A DNA stretch of 64,000 bases from Betaproteobacteria bacterium. Lineage in GTDB: Bacteria; Pseudomonadota; Gammaproteobacteria; Burkholderiales; Casimicrobiaceae. The position numbers and the translations under genes were made by a program. Below the pieces are notes generated by a model. The model saw only the letters and a list, made by a program, of their open reading frames with translations. It was not told the origin of the DNA and searched no databases. Shown one piece after another: positions 1 to 9,088 of the stretch; the stretch's first letter is position 1, and each line of letters begins with the position of its first letter. The stretch is from contig VBCY01000075.1 of NCBI GenBank assembly GCA_005882995.1, positions 4,734-68,733 on the forward strand, in the 5' to 3' direction.

Positions 1-884
1 TGCGCGAGTTGGAGCGCGAAGGCTTCGAAGTGACTTATCTGGACGTGAAGCCCGATGGGCTACTCGATTTCGAAGTCCTCAAGTCAGCACTGAGGCCCGA
101 CACCATTCTGGTTTCCGTGATGTACGTCAACAACGAAATCGGCGTCATTCAGGACGTCGCGGGCATCGGGGAAATTTGTCGATCCAGAGGAATCCTGTTC
201 CACGTTGACGCGGCACAGGCGTCGGGCAAATTGCCGATCGACCTTGCGGCGCTGAAGGTCGACCTGATGTCCTTCTCGGCGCACAAGACCTACGGTCCCA
301 AGGGCGTCGGTGCACTATTCGTGCGGCGCAAGCCACGAGTGAGAATTGAAGCGCAGATGCACGGCGGCGGACATGAGCGCGGCATGCGCTCGGGAACGCT
401 GCCAACACATCAGATTGTCGGGATGGGCGAGGCCTTCCGCCTGGCGCGGCTGGAGATGGCCAACGATCAAGAGCGCGTCAGAATGCTGCGAGACCGCCTA
501 TGGAATGGTATTTCGCAGATCGAGGAAGTGCACCTCAACGGCGACCTGCAACAGCGAGTGCCTCACAACCTCAACGTCAGTTTCAACTACGTGGAGGGTG
601 AAAGCCTGATCATGGCGATCAAGGAAGTCGCCGTATCGTCGGGCTCTGCGTGCACCTCCGCGTCGCTCGAGCCATCGTACGTTCTGCGTGCGCTCGGACG
701 AAGCGACGAGCTGGCGCACAGCTCGATTCGCTTTACGGTAGGACGCTTTACTACCGAAAAGGAAATCGACCTCACGGTGGAGCTGATCACCCGCAAAATC
801 GCCAAGCTGAGAGAGTTGTCGCCGCTGTGGGAGATGTACAAGGATGGCGTCGATCTGGATACGGTTCAGTGGGCCGCACATTAG
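1..884 (+). CDS. iscS: cysteine desulfurase IscS (5'-truncated by window edge)
   Basis: The frame is open from the window edge. The translation contains [11 protein letters not shown] (PLP lysine), [21 protein letters not shown] (active-site Cys loop) and the C-terminal [18 protein letters not shown] typical of IscS. It heads the iscU-iscA-hscBA-fdx-iscX cluster. Confidence 0.95.
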   Translation, partial: RELEREGFEVTYLDVKPDGLLDFEVLKSALRPDTILVSVMYVNNEIGVIQDVAGIGEICRSRGILFHVDAAQASGKLPIDLAALKVDLMSFSAHKTYGPKGVGALFVRRKPRVRIEAQMHGGGHERGMRSGTLPTHQIVGMGEAFRLARLEMANDQERVRMLRDRLWNGISQIEEVHLNGDLQQRVPHNLNVSFNYVEGESLIMAIKEVAVSSGSACTSASLEPSYVLRALGRSDELAHSSIRFTVGRFTTEKEIDLTVELITRKIAKLRELSPLWEMYKDGVDLDTVQWAAH

Positions 885-909
885 TTAAAAGCGAGTACGG
901 AGAAACATC

Positions 910-1350
910 ATGGCATACAGTGACAAGGTTCTGGATCACTACGAAAATCCGCGCAACGTCGGGTCGTTCGCGAAGGACGACGCTGCTGTCGGCACCGGCA
1001 TGGTCGGAGCGCCGGCGTGCGGCGACGTCATGAAGCTGCAGATCAGGATAGGCCCCGACGGCAAGATCGAGGACGCCAAGTTCAAGACCTATGGATGCGG
1101 ATCGGCCATAGCGTCATCGTCGCTCGTCACCGAATGGGTCAAGGGCAAGACCCTCGATCAGGCGATGACCATCAAGAACACGCACATCGCGGAAGAGCTC
1201 GCGCTGCCACCGGTCAAGATCCATTGCTCGATCCTCGCCGAGGACGCTATCAAGGCCGCGGTGGCGGACTACAGAAAAAAACATGGTCCCGATGCGCCGT
1301 TGGCCAAGACGCAGGAATCACTGGAGCCACTGGCTCAGCCGGCGGAGTGA
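910..1350 (+). CDS. iscU: Fe-S cluster assembly scaffold IscU
   Basis: [20 protein letters not shown]...[13 protein letters not shown]...[11 protein letters not shown]...[14 protein letters not shown]: the three conserved Cys plus the LPPVK motif. It has a C-terminal tail about 18 aa longer than E. coli IscU. Confidence 0.95.
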   Translation: MAYSDKVLDHYENPRNVGSFAKDDAAVGTGMVGAPACGDVMKLQIRIGPDGKIEDAKFKTYGCGSAIASSSLVTEWVKGKTLDQAMTIKNTHIAEELALPPVKIHCSILAEDAIKAAVADYRKKHGPDAPLAKTQESLEPLAQPAE

Positions 1351-1357
1351 GCAAGTC

Positions 1358-1681
1358 ATGGGCGTTACGCTTACCGAAACCGCGGCCAGGCATATCGCGG
1401 TCAACTTGAACAAGCGAGGGCGAGGGATCGGCTTGCGGTTGGGAGTGAGGACCAGCGGCTGTTCAGGCCTCGCCTACAAGCTCGAGTACGCCGACGACGT
1501 TCGGCCGGAAGATCATCGCTTCGAATCCCACGGCATCACCGTGGTGGTGGATCCGAAGAGCCTTCCTTATCTGGAAGGCACCGAGCTCGACTTCGCGCGC
1601 GAAGGTTTGAACGAAGGCTTCAAGTTCAACAACCCTAACGTCAAGGACGCATGCGGCTGCGGCGAGTCATTTAACGTCTGA
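1358..1681 (+). CDS. iscA: iron-sulfur cluster insertion protein IscA
   Basis: ATG at 1358 gives [13 protein letters not shown]...[20 protein letters not shown]...CGCGESFNV (A-type carrier C-X..-CGC motif). The ORF-track start at 1283 overlaps the iscU end and is less likely. Confidence 0.9.
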   Translation: MGVTLTETAARHIAVNLNKRGRGIGLRLGVRTSGCSGLAYKLEYADDVRPEDHRFESHGITVVVDPKSLPYLEGTELDFAREGLNEGFKFNNPNVKDACGCGESFNV

Positions 1682-1778
1682 TTGCAGTCCTCCCCTCGAG
1701 CGGGGGAGGCGAGGCAGGAAGCGGTCGAGCTTCCGCCTTCTTCCGAAGCCTTTCCCGCAACGGGCGAGGGCCATAACA

Positions 1779-2309
1779 ATGATCGACTTCTCCCAAAATC
1801 ATTTTGCGCTGTTCGGGTTAGCGCCGACTTACCGCCTGGACGCCCAGCAGCTCGATGCTGCTTATCGGCGCCTGCAAAACGAAGTTCATCCCGACCGGCA
1901 CGCAGCTGCGGCTGAAAGCGATCGACGGCTCGCGCTGCAGGCTTCGGCGCGGGTGAACGAGGCGTATCGAGCCCTCAAGAACCCGGTTGATCGGGCGCAG
2001 TATCTTCTATCGCTCCATGGGATCGACGCGATGTCGGAGACCGACACCAGCCTGCCGCCCGAGTTTTTGGAGCAGCAACTGGAACGCCGGGAGGCAGTGA
2101 GCGATGCCTCTCTTGGTGGCGACCCGCGCGCGCTCGAGCAACTGCTCGCACAGGTGCGCGCAGAAATGGGAGCGCTCGAACGCGCATTGCAGTCTGAGCT
2201 CGACGCCGCGCAGCCATTGACCGCGGCGCGCAGCACGGTGCGGAAGCTGAAGTTCCTGTCGAAGTTGGCGTCCGACATCGAGTCGGCGATCGTCGACGCG
2301 GAGGCGTGA
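1779..2309 (+). CDS. hscB: co-chaperone HscB (J-domain)
   Basis: NHFALFGL...[14 protein letters not shown]-domain HPD motif. The position between iscA and hscA fits. Confidence 0.9.
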   Translation: MIDFSQNHFALFGLAPTYRLDAQQLDAAYRRLQNEVHPDRHAAAAESDRRLALQASARVNEAYRALKNPVDRAQYLLSLHGIDAMSETDTSLPPEFLEQQLERREAVSDASLGGDPRALEQLLAQVRAEMGALERALQSELDAAQPLTAARSTVRKLKFLSKLASDIESAIVDAEA

Positions 2310-4168
2310 TGGCGCTGCTGCAGATCGCCGAACCGCAACAGGCGCTTCCCAAGAAGCCTCAGCGCCGGGCCGTCGGCATCGATCTTGGCACGACCAACTC
2401 CCTGGTGGCCACCGTGCGCAACGGCATCCCGGTGGTCCTTGCCGACGAACAGGGCCGACCGTTGCTGCCATCGATCGTGCGTTACGGAGAGTCGGTGGAG
2501 GTGGGTTACGACGCGCAAGCCGCTCAATCGCACGATCCGCACAATACCATCGTGTCGGTCAAGAGACTGATGGGCAGAGGTCTTGCGGACTTAAGCGATG
2601 CGCGGCGCTTCCCCTATCGCTTCATCGAGGCGCCCGGTCTGGTGCAGATTCAGACGCGGACCGGAATCAGGACTCCTGTCGAAGTATCCTCGGAAATTCT
2701 GAAAGCGTTGCGGCTTCGGGCGGAGACGAGCCTCGGAGGTGAACTGGCGGGGGCGGTGGTGACTGTGCCCGCCTACTTCGACGATGCCCAGCGGCAGGCT
2801 ACCAAGGATGCGGCGCGGCTCGCCGGCCTGAAGGTGCTTCGACTGCTCAATGAGCCCACCGCGGCCGCCATCGCCTATGGTCTCGACAACGGTTCGGAAG
2901 GGGTCTACGCCGTCTACGACTTGGGCGGAGGCACTTTCGACCTGTCGATTCTGCGACTGTCACGTGGCGTGTTCGAAGTGCTGGCCACCGCCGGCGACAC
3001 CGCCCTTGGCGGCGACGATTTCGATCACCGCGTCTATTGCTGGATTCTGGAGGTGTCGAGCATCGGACCACTTTCGGCCGGTGACACAAGGCTGCTCATG
3101 ATGAAAGCGCGCGAAGCGAAGGAAAACCTGACCCTCCATGCCTCGGCCCCGATTGTCGCGACGCTATCGTCGGGCGAAACCCTCAGTCTCACGTTGACCG
3201 TCGATACCTTCGCGTCGATCACCCAAACCCTCGTCGGCAAGACACTCGGGCCAGTGAGGAAGGCGCTGCGTGATGCCAGGCTCGATCCGTCCCAGATCAA
3301 GGGCGTCGTGATGGTCGGCGGCGCGACGCGGATGCCGCAGATACAGAAGGCGGTTGCGGAGTTTTTCGGACAACCTCCACTGAACAATCTCAATCCTGAT
3401 CAGGTCGTTGCACTGGGCGCCGCGATTCAGGCCAACGTCCTGGCGGGCAATCGCGCCGAAGGCGAGGATTGGCTCCTGCTGGATGTCATTCCGCTGTCGC
3501 TTGGTTTGGAGACGATGGGTGGACTCACCGAGAAGATCATTCTTCGCAACGCCACCATCCCCATCGCTCGCAGGCAAGAGTTCACGACGTTCAGGGATGG
3601 CCAGACCGCCATGGCGATTCATGTCGTCCAGGGCGAGCGCGAAAGAGTAGCGGATTGCCGATCTCTGGCCCGTTTCGAATTGCGCGGGATTCCGCCGATG
3701 ACCGCGGGCGCGGCGAGAATCCAGGTGACGTTCCAGGTCGATGCCGATGGACTGCTCTGCGTTTCCGCTCGAGAGCAAACCAAGGGCGTCGAGACGTCGA
3801 TTGAAGTCAAGCCTTCATACGGGCTCTCCGATACCGAGATCGCTCGCATGCTCCAGGAATCCTACGCTCATGCCGCCGATGATATGAACGCACGGGCGCT
3901 CGCCGAGGCACAAGTCGACGCTGAACGAATCGCAACGGCAACTGCTGGCGCTTTGCAGACCGATGGCGGGCTGCTCTTAGCGCCTGAACGCGATGCCATC
4001 GAACATGCGCTCGCGGAGGTTCGCAGGCTCATTTCAGGAGAAGATCGGCGGGCGCTGCAGGCAGCCGTTGATGCGCTCAATCGCGTCACCGAGCCTTTCG
4101 CTGCTCGGCGCATGGATCGCGGCGTCGCGCGAGCGCTCACCGGGCGACGCGTCGACGCGCTCAATTGA
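2309..4168 (+). CDS. hscA: Fe-S protein assembly chaperone HscA (Hsp70 family)
   Basis: [23 protein letters not shown]...[20 protein letters not shown]...DLGGGTFD: Hsp70 signatures. ATG 2309 overlaps the hscB stop by 1 nt; a GTG at 2306 is also possible. Confidence 0.95.
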   Translation: MALLQIAEPQQALPKKPQRRAVGIDLGTTNSLVATVRNGIPVVLADEQGRPLLPSIVRYGESVEVGYDAQAAQSHDPHNTIVSVKRLMGRGLADLSDARRFPYRFIEAPGLVQIQTRTGIRTPVEVSSEILKALRLRAETSLGGELAGAVVTVPAYFDDAQRQATKDAARLAGLKVLRLLNEPTAAAIAYGLDNGSEGVYAVYDLGGGTFDLSILRLSRGVFEVLATAGDTALGGDDFDHRVYCWILEVSSIGPLSAGDTRLLMMKAREAKENLTLHASAPIVATLSSGETLSLTLTVDTFASITQTLVGKTLGPVRKALRDARLDPSQIKGVVMVGGATRMPQIQKAVAEFFGQPPLNNLNPDQVVALGAAIQANVLAGNRAEGEDWLLLDVIPLSLGLETMGGLTEKIILRNATIPIARRQEFTTFRDGQTAMAIHVVQGERERVADCRSLARFELRGIPPMTAGAARIQVTFQVDADGLLCVSAREQTKGVETSIEVKPSYGLSDTEIARMLQESYAHAADDMNARALAEAQVDAERIATATAGALQTDGGLLLAPERDAIEHALAEVRRLISGEDRRALQAAVDALNRVTEPFAARRMDRGVARALTGRRVDALN

Positions 4169-4185
4169 CGCCTCGCATGCCGCCA

Positions 4186-4527
4186 ATGACGGAGATCGTC
4201 ATCCTTCCGCATGCCGACCTTTGTCCTGAAGGCAAGACGTTCCAAGCCGACAGGGGAAAGTCCCTCTGCGATAATCTTCTCGATCAGGGCATCGAGATCG
4301 AGCATGCGTGCGAGAAGTCGTGCGCGTGCACGACCTGCCACGTTATCGTGCGAGAAGGCTACGATTCCCTGTCGCCTTCATCGGAAGACGAGGATGACCT
4401 GCTCGATCGGGCGTGGGGCCTTACCCCTGTCTCCAGGCTGTCGTGTCAGGCCAGAGTCGGCGATACGAACCTGGTGATCGAGATACCTAAATACACGATC
4501 AACTACGCGAAGGAAGCCGGCCGATGA
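4186..4527 (+). CDS. fdx: ISC-type [2Fe-2S] ferredoxin
   Basis: MTEIVILPHADLCPEG...IEHACEKSCACTTCHVIVREG...SRLSCQARV aligns with E. coli Fdx from its first residue. Alternative upstream starts are at 4165 (TTG) and 4177 (ATG). Confidence 0.9.
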   Translation: MTEIVILPHADLCPEGKTFQADRGKSLCDNLLDQGIEIEHACEKSCACTTCHVIVREGYDSLSPSSEDEDDLLDRAWGLTPVSRLSCQARVGDTNLVIEIPKYTINYAKEAGR

Positions 4528-4730
4528 AATGGACCGACAGCCGCGACATCGCGATCGCGTTGGCCGAAGCGCACCCGGACATCGACCCGAAGCGCACCTT
4601 GTTTACCGATCTTCGCAGTTGGGTGCTCGAGCTGCCGGGCTTCGATGACGACCCTAAGCATTGCGGAGAGAAAATCCTGGAAGCGATCCAGATGGCGTGG
4701 ATCGACGAAGGGGACTTCGACGACGATTGA
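4524..4730 (+). CDS. iscX: Fe-S assembly protein IscX (YfhJ)
   Basis: MKWTDSRDIAIALAEAHPDIDPKRTLFTDLRSWVLELPGFDDDP: IscX family. ATGA overlap with the fdx stop. Confidence 0.85.
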   Translation: MKWTDSRDIAIALAEAHPDIDPKRTLFTDLRSWVLELPGFDDDPKHCGEKILEAIQMAWIDEGDFDDD

Positions 4731-4736
4731 GGGAGG

Positions 4737-4769
4737 CCGGTATCGCGGCGCGTCGGCCGCTCGTACCGG
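4737..4769. terminator. GC-rich hairpin between convergent iscX and serB (candidate bidirectional terminator)
   Basis: CCGGTA-tc-GCGGC-gcgtcg-GCCGC-tcg-TACCGG, followed by GGCTTTCGATT on the + strand. It lies in the 58-nt gap between two convergent stop codons. The U-tract is weak. Confidence 0.35.
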
Positions 4770-4788
4770 GGCTTTCGATTGCGGGGCG

Positions 4789-5661
4789 TTAGTTAACGCT
4801 AAACAGGTTGAGCGCCGCGTCCAGGCCACAACGGTCGATCGCGTACGTCGTCGCGGCGCGCACGATCGGCTTGGCATGGTAGGCGACGCTCACATCGGCA
4901 AGTGACAACATCGGCAGGTCATTGGCGCCATCGCCGATGGCGACGATCAAGCCGTCGGTGCCGCGCAGCTCACGGCTCAGGTTTTCCAGGGCATTGGCTT
5001 TCGCTACGCCATCGACAATCGCTCCAGCGATGCGGCCAGTCAGTTTGCCTTCGACCACTTCCAGCGTGTTGGCGAGGGTGTAATCCAGATTCAGCCGCTC
5101 CTTGAGCCGCTCGGTGAAAAAGGCGAAGCCGCCGGATACCAGCAGCGTTTTCGCTCCGTGCTTTCTGAAACCATCGAGCATGCGCTCGGCACCCGGAGAC
5201 AGCGTGAGTCGCTCTTCGTAGACTCGCTGCAACGTTGAGATCTCAACGCCGCGCAGGAGCGCGACGCGCCGCGTCAGGCTTTCGCCAAAATCGATGGCGC
5301 CGCGCATAGCGCGATCGGTGATCGCCGAAACTTCACTCTTCATGTCCAGCATGTCTGCGATTTCGTCGATGCACTCGATGCAAATGAGCGTCGAATCCAT
5401 GTCCATCGCAACGAGTCGTACGCGCTCCAGTCGCTGGCTGCGCGGCACCACACCGAAGTCAAAGCCCGCTTTGGCGCAGAAAGAAGCCACGGCATCGAAC
5501 ACGGCAGGTTGCACAAGCCGGAACGCCTGCGCGTTGCTGGCGGGAAGCGCCTCGATCGCTGTCGCCGCCGTCAGCCGCGCCAGTTGCTTGAGTTCCGGAG
5601 TTCCGATGTCCGGCGCCTGGATCACCAGGTCGACCGCTTCATCGGGCATGGCAGTCGTCAT
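4789..5661 (-). CDS. serB: phosphoserine phosphatase SerB
   Basis: HAD motif I DMDSTLI, SGGF, and GDGANDLPML (motif III). Length and N-terminal ACT-like domain fit SerB. Confidence 0.9.
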   Translation of the reverse strand: MTTAMPDEAVDLVIQAPDIGTPELKQLARLTAATAIEALPASNAQAFRLVQPAVFDAVASFCAKAGFDFGVVPRSQRLERVRLVAMDMDSTLICIECIDEIADMLDMKSEVSAITDRAMRGAIDFGESLTRRVALLRGVEISTLQRVYEERLTLSPGAERMLDGFRKHGAKTLLVSGGFAFFTERLKERLNLDYTLANTLEVVEGKLTGRIAGAIVDGVAKANALENLSRELRGTDGLIVAIGDGANDLPMLSLADVSVAYHAKPIVRAATTYAIDRCGLDAALNLFSVN

Positions 5662-5726
5662 GAGCGCGCTCCTGAGGAGTCATTGCCGGAAGCGACGCGG
5701 GGTCCACCACTGAAGGCGAGGCAGGC

Positions 5727-7970
5727 TCAGGCGGTCTCGGATCGGCGCGATTTCTTTTTGGGCCGTGCCGGTGTTGCGGCAATCGCTTCTTCGGGCAGCA
5801 CGAAGTCGATGCGTGCGGCTTCGAGGTCGACACGCGCGATCTTCACCGCAATTCGATCGGCAAGGCGATAACGCCGACCGGTGCGTTCTCCGTTCAGAGC
5901 GTGATGGACAGCGTCGAAGTGAAAGTAATCATTGCCCAACTCGGTGACGTGGAGGAGCCCGTCGACATTGAGCCCGTCCAGCGTCACGAAAAGGCCGAAA
6001 TGCGTGACGCCGCTGATCGTTCCCTCGAAGACTTCGCCGACGCGATCCTGCATGAAGTAACACTTGAGCCAGTTCTCGACGTCGCGGGTCGCTTCGTCCG
6101 CTCGCCGCTCGGTGAGCGAGCAATGCACGCCAAGCTCCGTCCACGTCGCGCCGCCAGGCGTGTAACGCGTTCCCGCGAGGATCGTCTTGATGCAGCGATG
6201 AACCAGCAGATCGGGATAGCGGCGGATGGGCGACGTGAAATGTGTATATGCATCGTAGCCCAGCCCGAAATGCCCTTCGTTGCCCGGGCTGTAGACGGCC
6301 TGCTGCAGCGATCGCAGCAGCACGGTCTGCAGCAGATTGAAATCGGGACGATCGGCGATGCTGCTGAGAAGCTTGGCGTAGTCGCGCGGCGTGGGACGCT
6401 CGCCTCCACCCAGCGAAAGGCCGGACGCGGCGAGAAATTCCTTGAGCACGGCAAGCTTCTCCGGCGTCGGGCCCTCGTGCACCCGAAACAGCGTCGGATG
6501 ACTCTGTTGCAGAAGATAATCCGCCGCGCAAACATTGGCGGCGAGCATGCACTCCTCGATGAGCTTGTGCGCTTCGTTGCGCACGACCGGGACGATGGTT
6601 TCGATCTTGCCGCGACTGTCGAATTTGAGCTCGAGCTCGATCGTTTCGAAATCCAGTGCGCCGCGCTTGGCTCGCGCCGCTGCGAGCACTTTGTACAGCT
6701 CGTAGAGGTTCTGCAGGTGCGGTGCGAGGGCGCGGGCGTCGCGACTTTTCGCAGCCTCATTGCTGGATAGCCACTCCCATACCTGGGTATAGGTGAGCCG
6801 AGCTCGCGAATGCATCACCGCCGGATAGAAACGATAGCTGCCGATCTCGCCGCGTGTGCTTATCTTCATGTCGCACACCATGCACAGTCTGTCGACAGCC
6901 GGCATCAGCGAACAGAGCTCGTTGGATAACTTCTCCGGAAGCATCGGGATGACGCGGCGCGGAAAGTACACCGATGTGCCGCGTTCGCGCGCGTCGCGAT
7001 CCAGCGCATCGCCGTCGTGCACATAGTGACTGACGTCAGCGATCGCAACAATCAGGCGATAACCCTCCCCGTCGCGCTCGCAGTAGACGGCGTCATCGAA
7101 GTCCTTTGCGGTCTCGCCATCGATCGTCACCAAAGGCAGGCGGGTCAGGTCGGTGCGATCTTTGCGGTCGGCGTCACGGAGTTCACTCGGTAGTCGCGAC
7201 GCCTGACGCTTCGCGGCGGACGAGAATTCGTGCGGAAGATCGTGCTTGCGCAACGCGATCTCGATTTCCATTCCAGGATCGGCGTAGTTGCCGAGGACTC
7301 TGACGACGCTGGCGAGAGCCTCCCGGTGCGCAGATGGCTGTTCGATCAACTCTGCCACGACTACCTGGCCGGGCTTTGCATCGGCCCGCATTTCCGGGGG
7401 AATCAGGATATCCTGGCTGATACGCTTGTTCTCCGCGACCAGATAAAAGATGCCGCGGTCCGCATAGATACGCCCGACGACTTCGCGGTTGGCGCGGGAC
7501 AGCACATCAACGATGACCCCTTCGGGGCGGCCACGCCGATCGACACCGATCTGGCGCGCCGTCGCGCGATCGCCATGCAGCGCCTTGTGCATTTCCTTCG
7601 GCGAAAGGAACAGATCCGCGCTGCCGTCGTCGGGCACCAGAAAGCCGTAACCGTCGGGGTGTCCTTGCACCGTTCCGGTTATGAGATCGAGCTTGGCGAC
7701 GACGCAGAGCTGACCCTTGCGATTGGTCATCAACTGCCCATCGCGTTCCATCGCAGCGAGGCGGCCGAGGAAGGCTTCGTGAGCTTCGCGGGCCCGCACT
7801 CCGAGCACTGCGGCGAGATCGTCGGCGCGCATCGGAACGCCATGCTCGCGCAGACGGTCGAGGATTAATTCGCGGGATGCAATTTCGACGTTAGGAACGC
7901 GCGAACGCGCACGACGAGATGCTGTGTGCGTTGCTAAGGAAATGTTTTTCGAGTCTTGTTTTTTTGACAA
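5727..7970 (-). CDS. rnr: ribonuclease R
   Basis: N-terminal HTH, cold-shock, RNB domain (TIDGETAKDFDDAV...HFGL..YTHFTSPIRRYPDL) and C-terminal S1 domain with a basic tail. The ORF-track start at 8063 would run through the tRNA-Leu gene. The only canonical in-frame start below the tRNA is TTG at 7970, so the start is uncertain. Confidence 0.9.
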   Translation of the reverse strand: MSKKQDSKNISLATHTASRRARSRVPNVEIASRELILDRLREHGVPMRADDLAAVLGVRAREAHEAFLGRLAAMERDGQLMTNRKGQLCVVAKLDLITGTVQGHPDGYGFLVPDDGSADLFLSPKEMHKALHGDRATARQIGVDRRGRPEGVIVDVLSRANREVVGRIYADRGIFYLVAENKRISQDILIPPEMRADAKPGQVVVAELIEQPSAHREALASVVRVLGNYADPGMEIEIALRKHDLPHEFSSAAKRQASRLPSELRDADRKDRTDLTRLPLVTIDGETAKDFDDAVYCERDGEGYRLIVAIADVSHYVHDGDALDRDARERGTSVYFPRRVIPMLPEKLSNELCSLMPAVDRLCMVCDMKISTRGEIGSYRFYPAVMHSRARLTYTQVWEWLSSNEAAKSRDARALAPHLQNLYELYKVLAAARAKRGALDFETIELELKFDSRGKIETIVPVVRNEAHKLIEECMLAANVCAADYLLQQSHPTLFRVHEGPTPEKLAVLKEFLAASGLSLGGGERPTPRDYAKLLSSIADRPDFNLLQTVLLRSLQQAVYSPGNEGHFGLGYDAYTHFTSPIRRYPDLLVHRCIKTILAGTRYTPGGATWTELGVHCSLTERRADEATRDVENWLKCYFMQDRVGEVFEGTISGVTHFGLFVTLDGLNVDGLLHVTELGNDYFHFDAVHHALNGERTGRRYRLADRIAVKIARVDLEAARIDFVLPEEAIAATPARPKKKSRRSETA

Positions 7971-7992
7971 TGCAAAAGGTCTTTCGTAAAAT
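7964..7992 (+). promoter_or_regulatory. near-consensus sigma70 promoter for tRNA-Leu
   Basis: TTGACA (7964-7969), a 17-nt spacer, then TAAAAT (7987-7992). The mature tRNA 5' end is at 8008, preceded by a T-rich UP-like run. Confidence 0.5.
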
Positions 7993-8007
7993 CGCAGGCT
8001 TGCTGTC

Positions 8008-8094
8008 GCCCAGATGGCGGAATTGGTAGACGCACTAGGTTCAGGTCCTAGCGGTGGCAACACTGTGGAGGTTCGAGTCCTCTTCTGGGCACCA
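8008..8094 (+). tRNA. tRNA-Leu (anticodon CAG)
   Basis: Acceptor stem GCCCAGA/TCTGGGC, D-arm GGAATTGGTAGAC, and anticodon stem CTAGG/CCTAG with loop TTCAGGT (CAG). It has a long variable arm, a T-arm GAGGTTCGAGTCCTC, discriminator A and an encoded CCA. Confidence 0.95.
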
Positions 8095-8297
8095 GATCTC
8101 CGCTGCCAACCGCGGTCGGCATTGTCCCACAGTTCCCAACGCGCGATTGCGAAACAAGCGCTTCGTCATAAGATGCGTCGCCGACGATCGGACATTGGCA
8201 GGCAGGTCAATCGCTCAACGAACATCAACCACCTAGCGACTGTGCGACGGCGCGAGCGCGGGTCGCTCTCGAAACGCTTCGAGGCGGCGGAAGCCTA

Positions 8298-8569
8298 GGA
8301 GCCTGTCGGGCTTACTGTCGCGTATGCGACGGAGGCGCTTTGGTGGGCAGTCCTAGGCGCCGGCCGCGCCGCAGTGCCGGCCCACTGCAAGCGGCCGGCA
8401 ACAACGGAATTGTCCCCAAAGCGCCCCGTCCCTCCGGGTTGCGGCCAATCGGCGCGCCTGCAGCGTTGCTCGGCTTGCGAATAAGCCAAGCTATTCGCTG
8501 CGCCGAGCGCCTCGCAATCATCACCGTTTGGCCAGCAACGCATACGTGAGAGCAAGCCCGACAGGCTCC
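8298..8569. mobile_element. MITE-like non-autonomous element, copy A (about 272 bp, about 30-bp imperfect terminal inverted repeats)
   Basis: The termini GGAGCCTGTCGGGCTTACTGTCGCGTATGCG ... CGCATACGTGAGAGCAAGCCCGACAGGCTCC are inverted repeats. The whole element recurs at 48232-48504 in reverse orientation, with about 11 differences by eye. Internal perfect hairpins are at 8375-8400 and 8477-8498. Boundaries are +/-5 nt because a flanking CCTAGG extends the palindrome. Confidence 0.7.
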
Positions 8570-8964
8570 TAGGGTTCGCCGTACTTCCCGACGATCAGGT
8601 CCTCGAGAAAGCGCGCAACCCAAGCGCGGCCCGGACCGCCTAAATACTTGACGCTTCGCCGGTTGTGGATGTTCGCCACGCGCACCAGAAATGTCGGCGC
8701 TGTCGAGCGGGCGGACCGCTTCCCGGGAAGTCTCTCAATGTCGAGGGCGAAGTCATCAGGAGCAAATCCGAAACGGACCACCTCCGCGGCAAACGCGAGT
8801 TGGTCGCCACGAGCAAGAAGATACTGATGAGAGTCACCCGTGAGCAGCGGCTGACGCGTACCGCTGAAGCTCAGGTGGCCCTGCGCAGAGTCTGGCGACA
8901 AGGTATCGCTATCGAGCTTATCGGTCATGGTTCTAGCCTGGGCGACGCGGGCGCGAACCTGCAT
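8569..8964 (-). CDS. hypothetical protein (no family recognised; possibly a truncated remnant)
   Basis: 131-codon ORF, with an alternative ATG at 8928. There are many T-ending codons, so GC3 is lower than in neighbouring genes, and no clear SD. Its TAG stop lies in the terminal CCTAGG of the MITE. Confidence 0.35.
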   Translation of the reverse strand: MQVRARVAQARTMTDKLDSDTLSPDSAQGHLSFSGTRQPLLTGDSHQYLLARGDQLAFAAEVVRFGFAPDDFALDIERLPGKRSARSTAPTFLVRVANIHNRRSVKYLGGPGRAWVARFLEDLIVGKYGEP

Positions 8965-9053
8965 GGCTTAGCAATGTTTGCGCCGACAAAGAAGTTTCCG
9001 TTATGTTCCGGAGAGTTAGCAGGTCGCGTCCAATTACAGTGACGTGGCGATGT

Positions 9054-9073
9054 AAAAAAGGCCGTCAACGGCC
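9054..9073 (-). terminator. rho-independent terminator candidate downstream of the phosphoribosyltransferase gene
   Basis: The - strand reads GGCCG-TTGA-CGGCC followed by TTTTTT, 16 nt after the stop at 9089. The stem is short (5 bp, all GC). Confidence 0.45.
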
Positions 9074-9088
9074 AACGAGTTGTAGCAA

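Noticed and set aside
8014-8298. 94-aa and 60-aa + strand ORFs beginning inside the tRNA-Leu gene.
   Set aside because: They overlap a confidently folded tRNA and continue into non-conserved spacer. No SD and no homology.
8295-8555. ORFs inside the two MITE copies (8295-8555 -, 8312-8623 -, 48076-48528 +, 48106-48519 -) that share peptide strings such as RFGDNSVVAGRLQWAGTAARPAPRTAHQSASVAYATV.
   Set aside because: The shared peptides are simply translations of the repeated DNA. There is no SD, and the frames run across element boundaries into flanking DNA differently in each copy. The nucleotide-level TIR and hairpin structure explains the conservation better than coding does.
8294-8573. TA target-site duplication (IS630/Tc1-like) flanking MITE copy A (..CC-TA-GGAGCC...GGCTCC-TA-GG..).
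   Set aside because: Copy B is flanked by A/C (CCAA|GGAGCC...GGCTCC|CAGG), not TA. In copy A the TA is equally well explained as part of an extended palindrome, CCTAGG. There is no consistent TSD, so no transposase superfamily can be inferred.
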